Part shown: positions 1-10,599 of the stretch, piece after piece
Numbering within the stretch: the stretch's first letter is position 1
Layout: each line of letters begins with the position of its first letter
NCBI GenBank assembly: GCA_951406725.2
Contig: OX597823.1
Location: 65,844,001-65,908,000, forward strand
Origin: Octopus vulgaris
Lineage: Eukaryota
DNA length: 64,000 nt
Direction of reading: 5' to 3'
The notes under the pieces: model-generated
What the model saw: the letters and a program-made list of their open reading frames with translations, nothing else
Told to the model about the DNA's origin: nothing
Database searches by the model: none
Made by a program: the position numbers and the translations under genes

Positions 1-1250
1 GAAAGCAATTAAAGCAGGATCGCTTAGGTACAAAAAGGCCCAAGTATTAGACCGAAATAGAATAGGAGACCTAGTTAAGAAATTAGAAGAGGCACTTAGA
101 ACTGGCATAGCGTCCAACGTACTTCAACGCTAAATACGAAGGATGCGTTGCAGAGCTAGGATGCGTGCTTAGAGGAACGAAGGAGTTGGAGTCGTCAGAG
201 AGACCCAAGTGGCGGAGGCACAACGCGGCAACAAAGCCACCATTAGGTCCCTGACAGCTGAACATGGGTGCGAATTACTCGAGTCTGAAAGGATGTGTAA
301 GGCCTTTCAACAACAACTTACCCGACTGTTCGGGACAACTGGTGGCACAGAACGCAGAGTGGACTTTACTGCCTACCTGCATAGTATGCCACGACTCTCG
401 GTAAGAAAGGCGGAGTACTGGATGCGATGGCAGGCTATACGGGAAACAAGTTATCAGGGTTGGATGGTCTGCCCTACGAACTTTATTTTCATATGCCAGA
501 CTTGTTTGGACGTGTCTTGGCAGCTGTCTACTCTAACTGGCAGCAAAACCGGAGTATCCCCGACTCTGTAAAGCTAAGAGCGGTGGCACTGCGAAAGAAA
601 GATCAAAGAAAGGAGAACGTCATAGATAACTTCAGGCCCATCACTCTACCCAACGCAGATTTGAAGATTTTTGGCCAAGGTGTTAGCTGAGAGGTTGGTG
701 CTTGTCATCGAGAAACTGGTCGACATCTCGCAAACGTGCGCCGTGCCGGATAGGAGTATCCATGACAACCTCCATCTGATGCACTACATCATAGACAGGG
801 TTGTTAAGGAACCTGGCATGGGTAGTGCGCTGATAAATTTGGAACAGTCAAAACCATTCGATAGGGTAGACTATCACTTCTTGGAGGCTGTCCTTAGAGC
901 GGCTGGTTTAGGTCCCGCTTACACGGTTGGATCGCTGCCTTATACAACAGCATCCACTTTTCGTGGAAGGGAAGCGTTCCCATGGTTAGGCGATCCCTTT
1001 GCTGTCAACACCCGCTAAATGGACAGCTCGGCATACCGTAGTTGATGATGCGCAGACATGCGCTGAAACTGCGGCATCTCCGGCGTTTCATAGACGATGG
1101 TGAACAGGTGCGGTCGCTGTTTGTGCGGCGCGCTTTCCCGCAGCTCGTCTCTTTAGCCGAACTGCAGTCGTGGATCATGAAACAGAGATTGAAGCTAGGC
1201 GAATGACACCGCGAGTGCCGCCTTGTTTCAAGCATCTCTGCCGTCCAAGA
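1..1250 (+). mobile_element. Degraded L1-clade (Tx1-like) LINE ORF2 fragment, reverse transcriptase N-terminal half plus downstream region
   Basis: Frameshifted ORFs 427-690 and 671-1018 give GLDGLPYELY, NFRPITLPNADLKI, LAKVLAERL, QTCAVPDRSIHDN, INLEQSKPFDRV (RT domains 0-3); after ~955 the sequence jumps to post-RT text (KGSVPMVRRSLCCQHP), so the YADD region is deleted. Confidence 0.85.
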
Positions 1251-1365
1251 CCAAACTTGTGCGTCTTCAATTCCACAAATTGAATCACGTTGATTTTATA
1301 CCCTTAACTCAAATGGTGTCATCTCATTTACTCGAAGGCTACCGAAGATCGCACCGGGATTTATT

Positions 1366-1562
1366 TTTACACTTTAACAGGGTGCATATAAAATTATGAC
1401 GGCAATTCCTGTACACACACAACACACGCACTCACACACACAGATAGACATATGTATGTATATACGGATACGTGTGTATGTGAGTGTGTGTGTGTGCATG
1501 TGTGTGTGTGTGTGTACAGGGTTTGCCATCATATTTCTATATGCGTCATGTTAAATTGTAAA
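1366..1562. repeat. Diverged inverted repeat (~50 bp arms) around a (CA)n/(TG)n core
   Basis: tttacactttaacagggtgcatataaaattatgacggcaattcctgtacac (1366-1416) vs gtgtacagggtttgccatcatatttctatatgcgtcatgttaaattgtaaa (1512-1562). Confidence 0.7.
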
Positions 1563-2483
1563 TATATATTTTTGCATATTATTTCTTCCGTGTTCAGCAA
1601 TAAGTATAATGGCAGCTTTTAAATACTCAATATATCGACCATTTAACACCGGCCATTTCATTTATTACTGAACATCGAAGACGTAAATGAAAAGATTATA
1701 TAGCTTTTCAACGTTGACTATGTAATCATGAAGGTAATTTGCCGAATCGTGTGCATGTTGTATTACGCATTAAACACAAACCTCTTTTCTGTATTTTTTA
1801 TATGTGTACTTCCCTCTATCGATCCACGTGCGTATTTCAGACTTGAAATCGTTTCGTCGATTTCTTAGTATCGAATATTTAAAGAACTTTCTAATATAAA
1901 AGATCGAATATATATTCTATATACTTTAACACTGCTAACCCCACAAAATTATGTTCACAAAAGTATTTGATTAATTCGAAGTTACAATCTAATTTACTTG
2001 ACAAATATAAGTTCTAAAATAACAGTTAACTATCCAACTATGTCAATGTGGTTCCCAGTGTTTCCCTGGTGTCCAGTTAGATGATCAAACGTTTCTGCAA
2101 ATAAACCTCATTCAAAATCAAGTATTGTAACATGAAAACAGAATAGAGAGAAAAAAAAGAACTTTATTGCTGGAGAAGAGTACTTCCTTATCTGGAACCT
2201 CGAAAGGCTTGCTTCTGCAACATTCAACAATATATCACTTTTTTCTTGAAATACGCCTCAGTTGTTTCAGCTTCTTCGTTAATGTGCGTTTTATAAAATT
2301 GCTACGATATAACGTAAGAAAAGAAGAAAGTTCGAAGAAACACAGTAGCTGTGATGAGCAGAAACAAATAAAGATTTGATGTTGATATGGGACGGCATTG
2401 TAAATATTTAGAAGATTTGCTGAAATGCAGTTATGATTTGTTCTCAAGCTACTTAGCTGACTTTAATGACAGCTATGTTGTGA

Positions 2484-2805
2484 AGGCGCATGGCTCAGTG
2501 GTTTGACCGTCAAGCTTACGATCGTGAGGTTGTGAGCTCGAATCCCGGACCGGGCAGCGTGTTGTGATCTTGAGCAAGAGACTTTATTTCACGTTGCTCC
2601 AGTTCACTCAGCTGTAGATATGAGTTGCGACGTCATTTCAAGCTGTATCGGCTGTTGCCTTTCCCTTGGATAACACTGGTGGCGTGGAGAAGGGAGGCCG
2701 GTATGCATGGGCGACTGCTGGTCTTCCATGAAAAACCTTGCCCGGGTTGGGAGGGTAACTTTCTAAGTGCAATCCCACGGTCAGTCATGACCGAAGGGTA
2801 TCTCA
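2484..2805 (+). mobile_element. tRNA-derived SINE, family B (CORE-like central domain)
   Basis: A-box-like tggctcagtggt, B-box-like gagctcgaatcc, then ttgagcaagagactttatttcacgttgctccagttcactcagctgtag resembling the CORE domain; second copy at 5734-6068. Confidence 0.8.
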
Positions 2806-2852
2806 ATTACAGCTACGTACACGTACACACACACACAAACGTTATATATATA

Positions 2853-2975
2853 TTAATAAATCTTGGGGTAGCAAAAAAACTTTTAGAAAAATTCTCCGCT
2901 ACCAGTGGTCTAACGGGAAGGAAAGAATAGTCAATAGACTATATATTATTCATAGAAAAATGCACACTGTATTTT
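2853..2975. mobile_element. Short terminal stub related to the left end of the 6081-6795 element
   Basis: ggggtagcaaaaaaacttttagaaaattctccgctaccagtggtctaacggga resembles gggtggcaaaaaaattttgtagaatcttattgccaccagcggcctagtggga (~6095-6146); bounded by (TA)n and (TATG)n. Confidence 0.6.
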
Positions 2976-2977
2976 TC

Positions 2978-3081
2978 TATGTATGTATGTATGTATGTAT
3001 GTATGTATGTATGTATGTATGTATGTATGTATGTATGTATGTATGTATGTATGTATGTATGTATCTATCTATCTATCTATA

Positions 3082-3118
<37 letters not shown>
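2978..3118. repeat. Compound microsatellite (TATG)n-(TATC)n-(TA)n
   Basis: Direct inspection. Confidence 0.95.
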
Positions 3119-3121
<3 letters not shown>

Positions 3122-5374
3122 TGTATGTCTGTATGGTATGTGCGCGCGCGCATCTACTGAATGACTGGGGTCATGATGGTGCACAGCCAGTAGATACGTA
3201 TATGCGTGCATGCAGATGTTTATATTCATATGAGTGTTTGTGTGTATCTGTTTGTATGTACATCTTATAATTAGATAGACATTCTTTTCTCACTGGTTGA
3301 TAGTCACACGCTCTCTTTCTTTCTCTTTCTCATTTTCTCTTTCTCTCTCTCTCACTCTCTATCACTCTCATCCCTCTATATTTTCTCTACGTTTTTCTTA
3401 CTATATCACAATTATTAACAGTTGAAGTCGAGTAAAATAAGTGTCATTTCAAGGTTCATTTCCCAGCACAAATATGTTCAATTATGCGATTCAAATGAAA
3501 GAATATCTACATATATGTGTGTGCGTGCATGTGCGCGTGTTCATATATATGTATGCATGTACGTAGGGAGATAATTGATTAACTGTGACACTATAAAGTA
3601 AATTTACGACTTCCTCTTCATCCTTAAGGATACTTCACGCTCAATGTACTGTTTGACGTACCTCCATTGATAACCTCCAGTTGAATAATGATAATCATGT
3701 AAAAACAACTGATAATGGTATGTTGTAGTTAATTGATTGTAAGATCATGGTTGGTGGAACACGATTTCAGTACCATTCTATTGCTAGCTAGAAAGGTTTG
3801 GCTCATGTAGCATTGTCAAAACCGAAGAATACACAATTATACTTCATATAATCCTCGACTAGATAAAGATACATATATAAATACATTTGTACAAATGGCC
3901 TCAATGCTGAGTAAATATATTTTACACACACATAAAGTAAAGTTGGATGAGTTTTTTTTCCAGGCAACAGGATTCAAAGATACATGAAGATAAACTTCTT
4001 AGAAAAATGCTTTTGTGTATTGATTAAATTAGATTTAATCAATATAAATTCTAATACAATAAATGATATTGTCAAGATAATCTCTTTTAAGTGCCCCCAT
4101 TGCAGCCACAAGAAACTGAATTGCTTGTGCACCAGAAAAACAACAAAGATAGTGAATAATATTTACTCAGTTCCCAATGAAGCTCTCTGTCCTCAATGAC
4201 CTAGTCTTTATAGGTTTAAATAGGCGTAATGACTGTAAGCCAGCACAAGGAGAGTAGTGTTCCAAAATTGCAAAGTGGTGCCGCATTTGAGATGAATTGG
4301 CGAAGTTGATTCATTCCAAATTAAGCTTTCAGTAATGTCTTTTTGTACTACTTAATGAGGAGATGCGGTACTTTTCCTCCAAAATAAAATAATTCCAGAA
4401 ACAGTCAAAGTTTATGTTAATGCAATCAATTTTCAATACATAAGTAGTAAAACACTTTTGCAAATTGAACTTAGGAAGTTTTAATAATTTTCTCATACAA
4501 TTTGGAAGATGTTTTCATAGAAACTTCGTTTCGTTTCTCAAATTAAGAAAAAAAAAACGTATTCCAAATCTTAATACAAAATATATTGAAAACAGTTTAT
4601 TTTTAAGTTTTAAGTTTGTAATCTTTATACATTTCCCTATTACATAAGATTTGTAAACAGACTCATTTTTGTTATTAATTCGGCTTGAATTTATTGAATA
4701 TTTTACTACCCCCTTATATGTTCTATACAATACGTTAATAGAAAAAGCAATTCTTTATTTTATTTGAAAACACTTTCTGTCTGTTTTTCGTAATTTTCTG
4801 ACTAATCTGATTTCTCTTTACATTTCACTTAAATTCTCCAAGTGATTAGTTTTAGCTAACCCATAGTCAGACAAACTACGAGCTTCACATGTCAAAGTTG
4901 ATTATGACGTCGTCTACATATGCCATGAGTTTATAAAATCTGATTCACTGGCAGAAGTGAACTATCTACCATCTTCATTTCTTTGCTGCCTTATTCCATG
5001 ATGCATTTTAATTCATGATGCTAAGAAAACAAATATTGTTTTGTTCGTGCTGCATTTATTATTACGTAGCCCAAAATTGTATCCGTGACCAAAACTATAG
5101 TCAAAGATCAATTGTATTTTCTTTAATATACCTGTAGGTATGTATGTGTGTATTATATATATAATAAAATATTAGGGAATAAATCCAAACTTACAGGGAA
5201 AAATCAGATTTAGGATTGAATCCAATTTTATTGTAAAATATTATATTATATTAAATTAGAGATAAAACCACTATTAGGCAAATCATACAATGAAAAACTT
5301 AAGCCAATACATAAGATTAATTCATTTATATTATTTAAATATATATCAAAAATATTAAAAAAGATAATTAATAT

Positions 5375-5443
5375 AACACTACGATCGTTTCATGGCTGTT
5401 CAATTCTTAAAATTTTCGAGTTACAGTCATTCTTCAGGTGGTT
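5375..5443 (-). ncRNA. Type I hammerhead ribozyme fold (element 1, left arm, mirror copy)
   Basis: Reverse complement of 5486-5554. Confidence 0.75.
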
Positions 5444-5485
5444 TACATATTTAACTTGATTAAACCTCGCCAAGTTAAATATGTA

Positions 5486-5554
5486 AACCACCTGAAGAAT
5501 GACTGTAACTCGAAAATTTTAAGAATTGAACAGCCATGAAACGATCGTAGTGTT
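5486..5554 (+). ncRNA. Type I hammerhead ribozyme fold (element 1, right arm)
   Basis: cac-CTGAAGA(5492-5498)-atgactgt...acagccat-GAAA(5538-5541)-cgatc-GTA(5547-5549)-gtg; helix III acgatcgt is a palindrome; helix I is short (cac/gtg, bulged extension). Confidence 0.75.
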
Positions 5555-5673
5555 ATATTAATTATCTTTTTTAATATTTTCGATATATATTTAAATAATA
5601 TAAATGAATTAATCTTATGTATTGGCTTAAGTTTTTCATTGTATGATTTGCCTAATAGTGGTTTTATCTCTAA

Positions 5674-5733
<60 letters not shown>

Positions 5734-5737
<4 letters not shown>

Positions 5738-6068
5738 TAAGCTCGACGCTCTAACCACTGAGCCATGCGAGGTTGTGAGCTCGAATCCCGGACCGGGCTG
5801 CGTGTTGTGTTCTTGAGCAAGACACTTTATTTCACGTTGCTCCAGTTCACTCAGCTGTAGAGATGAGTTGCGACGTCACTGGTGCCAAGCTGTATCGACC
5901 TTTGTCTTTCCCTTGGATAACACTGGTGGCGTGGAGAGGGGAGGCTGGTATGCATGGGCGACTGCTGGCCTTCCATAAAACAACCTTGCCCGGACTTGTG
6001 TCTAGGAGGGTAACATTCTAGGTGCAATCCCATGGTCACTCATGACCGAAGGGGGTCTTTACCCTTTT
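5734..6068 (+). mobile_element. SINE family B copy with inverted 5' head
   Basis: 5770-6068 matches 2527-2805; 5734-5769 is the reverse complement of the head cgcatggctcagtggttagagcgtcgagcttacgat. Confidence 0.85.
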
Positions 6069-6306
6069 ATATATATATATAATTAATCAATATAGGGTGG
6101 CAAAAAAATTTTGTAGAATCTTATTGCCACCAGCGGCCTAGTGGGAAAAAATTAAATAGTCATAAACCATTTTTAAGTTCAACATCACAATCAAGGAACG
6201 GCCATAATAGGCCATTCACCCACTAGAAATAACAGCCAAAAGCTTCAACCGCAAAATAACATCAATTCCGTAAACCAGGAGAAAATTAAAAAACATTTAC
6301 CCTGTA

Positions 6307-6413
6307 ATTTCTTATACGATGCACCGTTTCATCTACTGTTTAATGGTAAACTAACCTGATTAAATTAAATCAAGCCAATCTACCATAGGCCCTTAGATTC
6401 ATCAGTAAGAAAT
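6307..6413 (-). ncRNA. Type I hammerhead ribozyme fold (element 2, left arm, mirror copy)
   Basis: Reverse complement of 6566-6672 with one difference in the helix II loop. Confidence 0.88.
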
Positions 6414-6565
6414 AGCCAAGTCGGAACAGATAGTTTTCACGAGGCATTCTCATCCTTGCCTCGGCAATATCTGACCTAAAATTTTCAAATCATCGCACTC
6501 GCGCCAAATTTATCGGCAGCAAATTTATTTGCTGCCGATAAATTTGGCGCGAGTGCGACTTGGCT

Positions 6566-6672
6566 ATTTCTTACTGATGAATCTAAGGGCCTATGGTAGA
6601 TTGGCTTGATTTAATGTAATCAGGTTAGTTTACCATTAAACAGTAGATGAAACGGTGCATCGTATAAGAAAT
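6566..6672 (+). ncRNA. Type I hammerhead ribozyme fold with extended helix II (element 2, right arm)
   Basis: Helix I atttctta/taagaaat (8 bp); CTGATGA 6574-6580; helix II atcta/tagat plus 18 bp G-U-rich extension atggtagattggcttgat/atcaggttagtttaccat; GAAA 6649-6652; helix III acggtgcatcgt; GTA 6662-6664. Confidence 0.88.
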
Positions 6673-6818
6673 TACAGGGTAAATGTTTTTTAATTTACTC
6701 CTGGTTTACGGAATTGATGTTATTTTGCGGTTGAAGCTTTTAGCTGTTATTTCTAGTGGGTGAATGGCCTATTATGGCCGTTCCTTGATTGTGATATATA
6801 TATATATATATATATATA

Positions 6819-7485
6819 CTAAGCAATTAAGGGTTTAGCAACGAATTGCCTTACCGCACACCGAATTTAGAAATAGCAGTCAAAGAGATTATAGCTATTT
6901 CTTCTACTAAAAGGGAGATCACAGTAAAGACACAGCATTTGAAAGGCAAACACAAACAGGTAAGAGAGAATGAATTAACGGCAATCTATCATACAGTTTT
7001 AAGTCACCTACGGACGTACGTTTCGAGATCAAGTCTTAGGAAAGCATAAGAATTAGATAATTCTACCTTACCCAGACTTCTTCTCTCATCAGCGCAGGAT
7101 ACAAACAATCATGAATGATTGTATATTGAATTTTGAGATACTAGAAGGCACCAACTCAACTCAGTATCAGAGCGAGCTAGAAGCCACAGCTAGTATCACC
7201 AAATTCAAAGTGTGAATGAAAGCTTGTGTCACCAGTCCCTTCCCACCCGCGTGTAGCCAAGACAAAGTGCTGTGGTCATTTACTGGGATGAATATGGTTA
7301 TCAGTAACAATGAAGGGTGAAATTAATTAATTTGGAATAATTATCAATTACACCAAGTAGTCTTCGGAATGTAAAAGCCTCATTCGAGGAAAATTTTCCT
7401 CGAATGAGGCTTTTACATGCCGAAGACTACTTGGTGTAATTGATAATTATTCCAAATTAATTAATTTCACCCTTCATTGTTACTG

Positions 7486-7489
<4 letters not shown>
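6819..7489 (-). mobile_element. Non-coding element 3 (PLE pseudo-LTR-like) ending in a 192 bp palindrome, between (TA)n tracts
   Basis: Hammerhead at 7007-7098 (-); spacerless palindrome 7298-7489 centred on gaaaa|ttttc with one mismatch; (TA)n on both sides. Confidence 0.75.
7007..7098 (-). ncRNA. Type I hammerhead ribozyme fold with extended helix II (element 3)
   Basis: Minus strand reads cctgcg-CTGATGA-gaga...tctc-GAAA-cgtac-GTC-cgtagg; helix I 6 bp, helix III palindrome acgtacgt, canonical GUC triplet; helix II continues via aagtct/agactt and agaatta/taattct. Confidence 0.9.
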
Positions 7490-7536
<47 letters not shown>

Positions 7537-8069
7537 ATAGAATATGTTTTGTGACAGATTTACACTGTAAATTTTGCCATGATATAGCTTCTGAATTAAA
7601 GATGAATTAAAGTTAATACACCATGTAATAGTGCATGTCTTGTCCTATTCATAATTTTTAGATATGCAATCACTTCTACAGGTCATCTGTGAAGAAAATC
7701 ATAAGTACATTCTAGTAAATTCATTAATAACAGAATACGTAAGGGCATTTTGACAAAACAACTGTTTATAGTGAATGATTCCCATTATCTATTTGAATTA
7801 GTTTTTTTATTTTATTCTAAGAAAAGAACAACTTCACATATTTGTCCATTGAAAAAAAACATTGAGAGAACCGAAACTCAGCTGACTTAATCATATTGAT
7901 TTCGAAGTATTTTCAGGGACTATAGAAGAACATCCGAGGAACAATGAAATTTGCCTGTGAAAACAAATAATGAAATAAACAAATATGAAAGAAATCAACC
8001 ACAAAGCAGCCAACTGTTTTGTACATCCCTTAATGCAATAAACTGAAGGCAAAATTCGTTAAACATTAT

Positions 8070-8440
8070 AGGCGCTGGAGTGGCTGTGTGGTATGTAGCT
8101 AGCTTACCAACCACATGGTTCCGGGTTCAGTTCCACTGAGTGACATCTTGGGCAAGTATCTTCTTCTATAGCCTCGGACCGACCGAAGCCTTGTGAGTGG
8201 ATTTGGTAGAAGGAAACTGAAAGACGCTCGTCGTATATATGTATATATATATATATAAGTTTGTGTGTCTATGTTTGTCCCCCCAACATCGCTTGACAAA
8301 CGATGCTGGTGTGTTTACGTCCCCGTAACTTAGCGGTTCGGCAAAAGAGACCGATAGAATTTGTACTAGGCTTTCTCGACTAAAGGCGGTGCTCCAGCAT
8401 GGCCGCAGTCAAATGACTAAAACAAGTAAAAGAGTAAAAG
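8070..8440 (+). mobile_element. tRNA-derived SINE, family C (internal TA/TG microsatellite)
   Basis: gtggctgtgtggt A-box-like, gggttcagttcc B-box-like, cttgggcaagtatctt CORE-like segment, A-rich tail; related copies at 31733-31890, 56360-56715, 61225-61582. Confidence 0.8.
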
Positions 8441-9533
8441 TAATAATTTTAGACAGCTTTTCAAAACAATAACGAGATAACGAAAGAATAGGGTATTTAA
8501 TTGTATATCATATCCCCGTCTCTATTGCTAAACATCTGCAGCAAAGCTCGCATATACACATACGCGTATGCCAGGAAATACACACACAAACATACACACG
8601 TACTAAATATTTGACACAATTGTTGGGTATGTTGATAAACGCAAACGCAAACGCAACACGTACAAATTTATAGTTAAAAAGTAAAGGAACAAAAAAGGGT
8701 AAATATATCAGTTTTGGGCACAAAGCCAGTGGTACGCAAGATTTATTATAATATAAACCCAGAGAGAAATCGAAAATCGATACCATACACATAATGATAA
8801 CTGATCCCGTGGCATTGCAAACAGAAAAAAAAAACTATCGAGAATAATGCAAACATAGAGAGATAGAAACCAGACTGGCTTCAGTCAAAATCAAGAGACA
8901 TTAAATATGAATCCATCTTATATATTAGGGTGGAACGAAAACGATACTTATTACACAAATTTTCAAACTATGCTTTAAGAACATATACAAATACGTTAAA
9001 ATCTGAAGTTCTTAAAATTACATATTTAGGCTTCTCAGCCCACTTGAGATTTTGAGTAATGAGCAAAAAATCAATTTATAACACGTTTGCCGTTCCACAT
9101 TTTATTTTTTATTTCACTATTATGAATTAATTTTGCTTTCTAAATTCCTTTATTAACAAGTGTATTAAAATCTCAAGCTCTACAATTTATAGCTTTAGAT
9201 TCCGCATCGCAGTGAAAATTTCCTAATTATGCGAAATAAATTAACATTTCGACTTTGTTTACTGTATTATTTTTCAATACTAGGTCACCGAATATATGGG
9301 TTATATGAGGTCTAGATTAAACACTTATTAAAATAAATTATGCAAATTGTTGAGATCGTTACAAAAAAGATAATTCTTCTATGGCAAAAGGCATCCATCC
9401 CTTGTGTTACGATTGAGTCAGTTAAACCGAAAATCTTAAAAACATTCCTTTACTGACGTAAAAGAGCGACTGTGACGTGGCCGATTCTTTCTCATCAGTC
9501 TCTGATAGGTCTGTTTAGATACAGCTTGATCAA

Positions 9534-9868
9534 GACGGCGAGCTGGCAGAAACGTTAGCCCGCCGGGCGAAATGCTTAGCGAAATGCCTAGCGGTATTTC
9601 GTCTTAATCCGTTTGTTTGTCCTTGTTTGTCCTCCGTTACGTTCTGAGTTCAAATTCCGCCGAGGTCGACTTTGCCTTTCATCCTTTTGGGGTCGATTTA
9701 ATAAGTACCAGTTACGCACTGGGGTCGATGTAATCGACTTAATCCGACTTTGCCTTTCATTTTTTGAGGGGGTCGGTAAATTAAGTACCAGTTGCGTACT
9801 GAGGTTTATCTAATCGACATGTCCCCTCCCTCAAAATTTCGGGCCCTGCGCATAGAGTAGGAAAGGAT
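9534..9868 (+). mobile_element. tRNA-derived SINE, family A, with internal duplications
   Basis: gagctggcagaaacgttagc head, gagttcaaattcc B-box-like, gactttgcctttcatccttttggggtcgatttaataagtaccag central domain present twice; many relatives in window. Confidence 0.8.
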
Positions 9869-10599
9869 ACTGCTTGATCTATTCCGCCAATGATCATTTT
9901 TCGATTTGTCCCTTAAGTCTGTCAGAAATCTTGTTCTCTCTGCGGTACTTTTGGGTCGCTATTACAACAGTTTTTAAAGGAATTACACATGCAGCAGGAA
10001 ATGTCAAATAAATATTCTGTTGCATTGTTTTTAAACACATTACACTTTGTTTTCCCGAGGGCGTTTATACATCCATATAGGTTAACGGTTATTTTCAATA
10101 CTTGTCTCGCCGGATTAAGTGTTCGTTTCTCATTTTTTCTTCTGCAATTTTATTTTTGAATCTTCTATATATATATATATATGATGAATTTTCCTCCGTC
10201 TGACTGCTTTTCTCTCTACAAAACGAAAAGTTGCATTATGGAACTGTCATTTTAACGAGATTTTTTTATTTATCACCCGACTAGCTACGTCTGCACCACC
10301 GGATACTCTGGTACCAGTTTTTGTGTCCCACAAGAGGAGTCGATGCTAGATGCACAATTATTGTGATTAATAATATATTCTCGTATATTCCATCTTGTGT
10401 CTTTCATTTGTTATATATATATACGTATATACGTTTATTATTTCGTTTTGAAAGATTCCCGATGGGAAATCTTGCGTTGAAACCGATATTGTTGTATTTC
10501 GGAATGATCACTGTTTTTTCCAATTAAACACACGCATTATATTTTTTTTCACACGTTTATTACTGTTCTCATTTTATTATTTTAACACATGTCCACATA

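Larger units (their letters stand above)
5163..5682. mobile_element. Fold-back non-coding element 1 (PLE pseudo-LTR-like) between (TA)n tracts
   Basis: ~212 bp inverted arms 5247-5458 / 5471-5682 (one mismatch seen), 12 nt loop, ~85 nt unpaired left extension; each arm carries a hammerhead fold. Confidence 0.8.
6081..6795. mobile_element. Fold-back non-coding element 2 (PLE pseudo-LTR-like) between (TA)n tracts
   Basis: 240 bp inverted arms 6184-6423 / 6556-6795 (three mismatches seen), inner perfect 32 bp hairpin 6493-6558, ~100 nt unpaired left extension; hammerhead in each arm. Confidence 0.8.

Noticed and set aside
2484-2560. SINE heads (also 8070, 9534, 17379) as tRNA genes
   Set aside because: A/B boxes are present but they run into repeated SINE bodies and do not form full cloverleaves
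8926-9100. tagggtggaacgaaaa as a hAT-type terminus
   Set aside because: No matching opposite TIR or TSD found by eye
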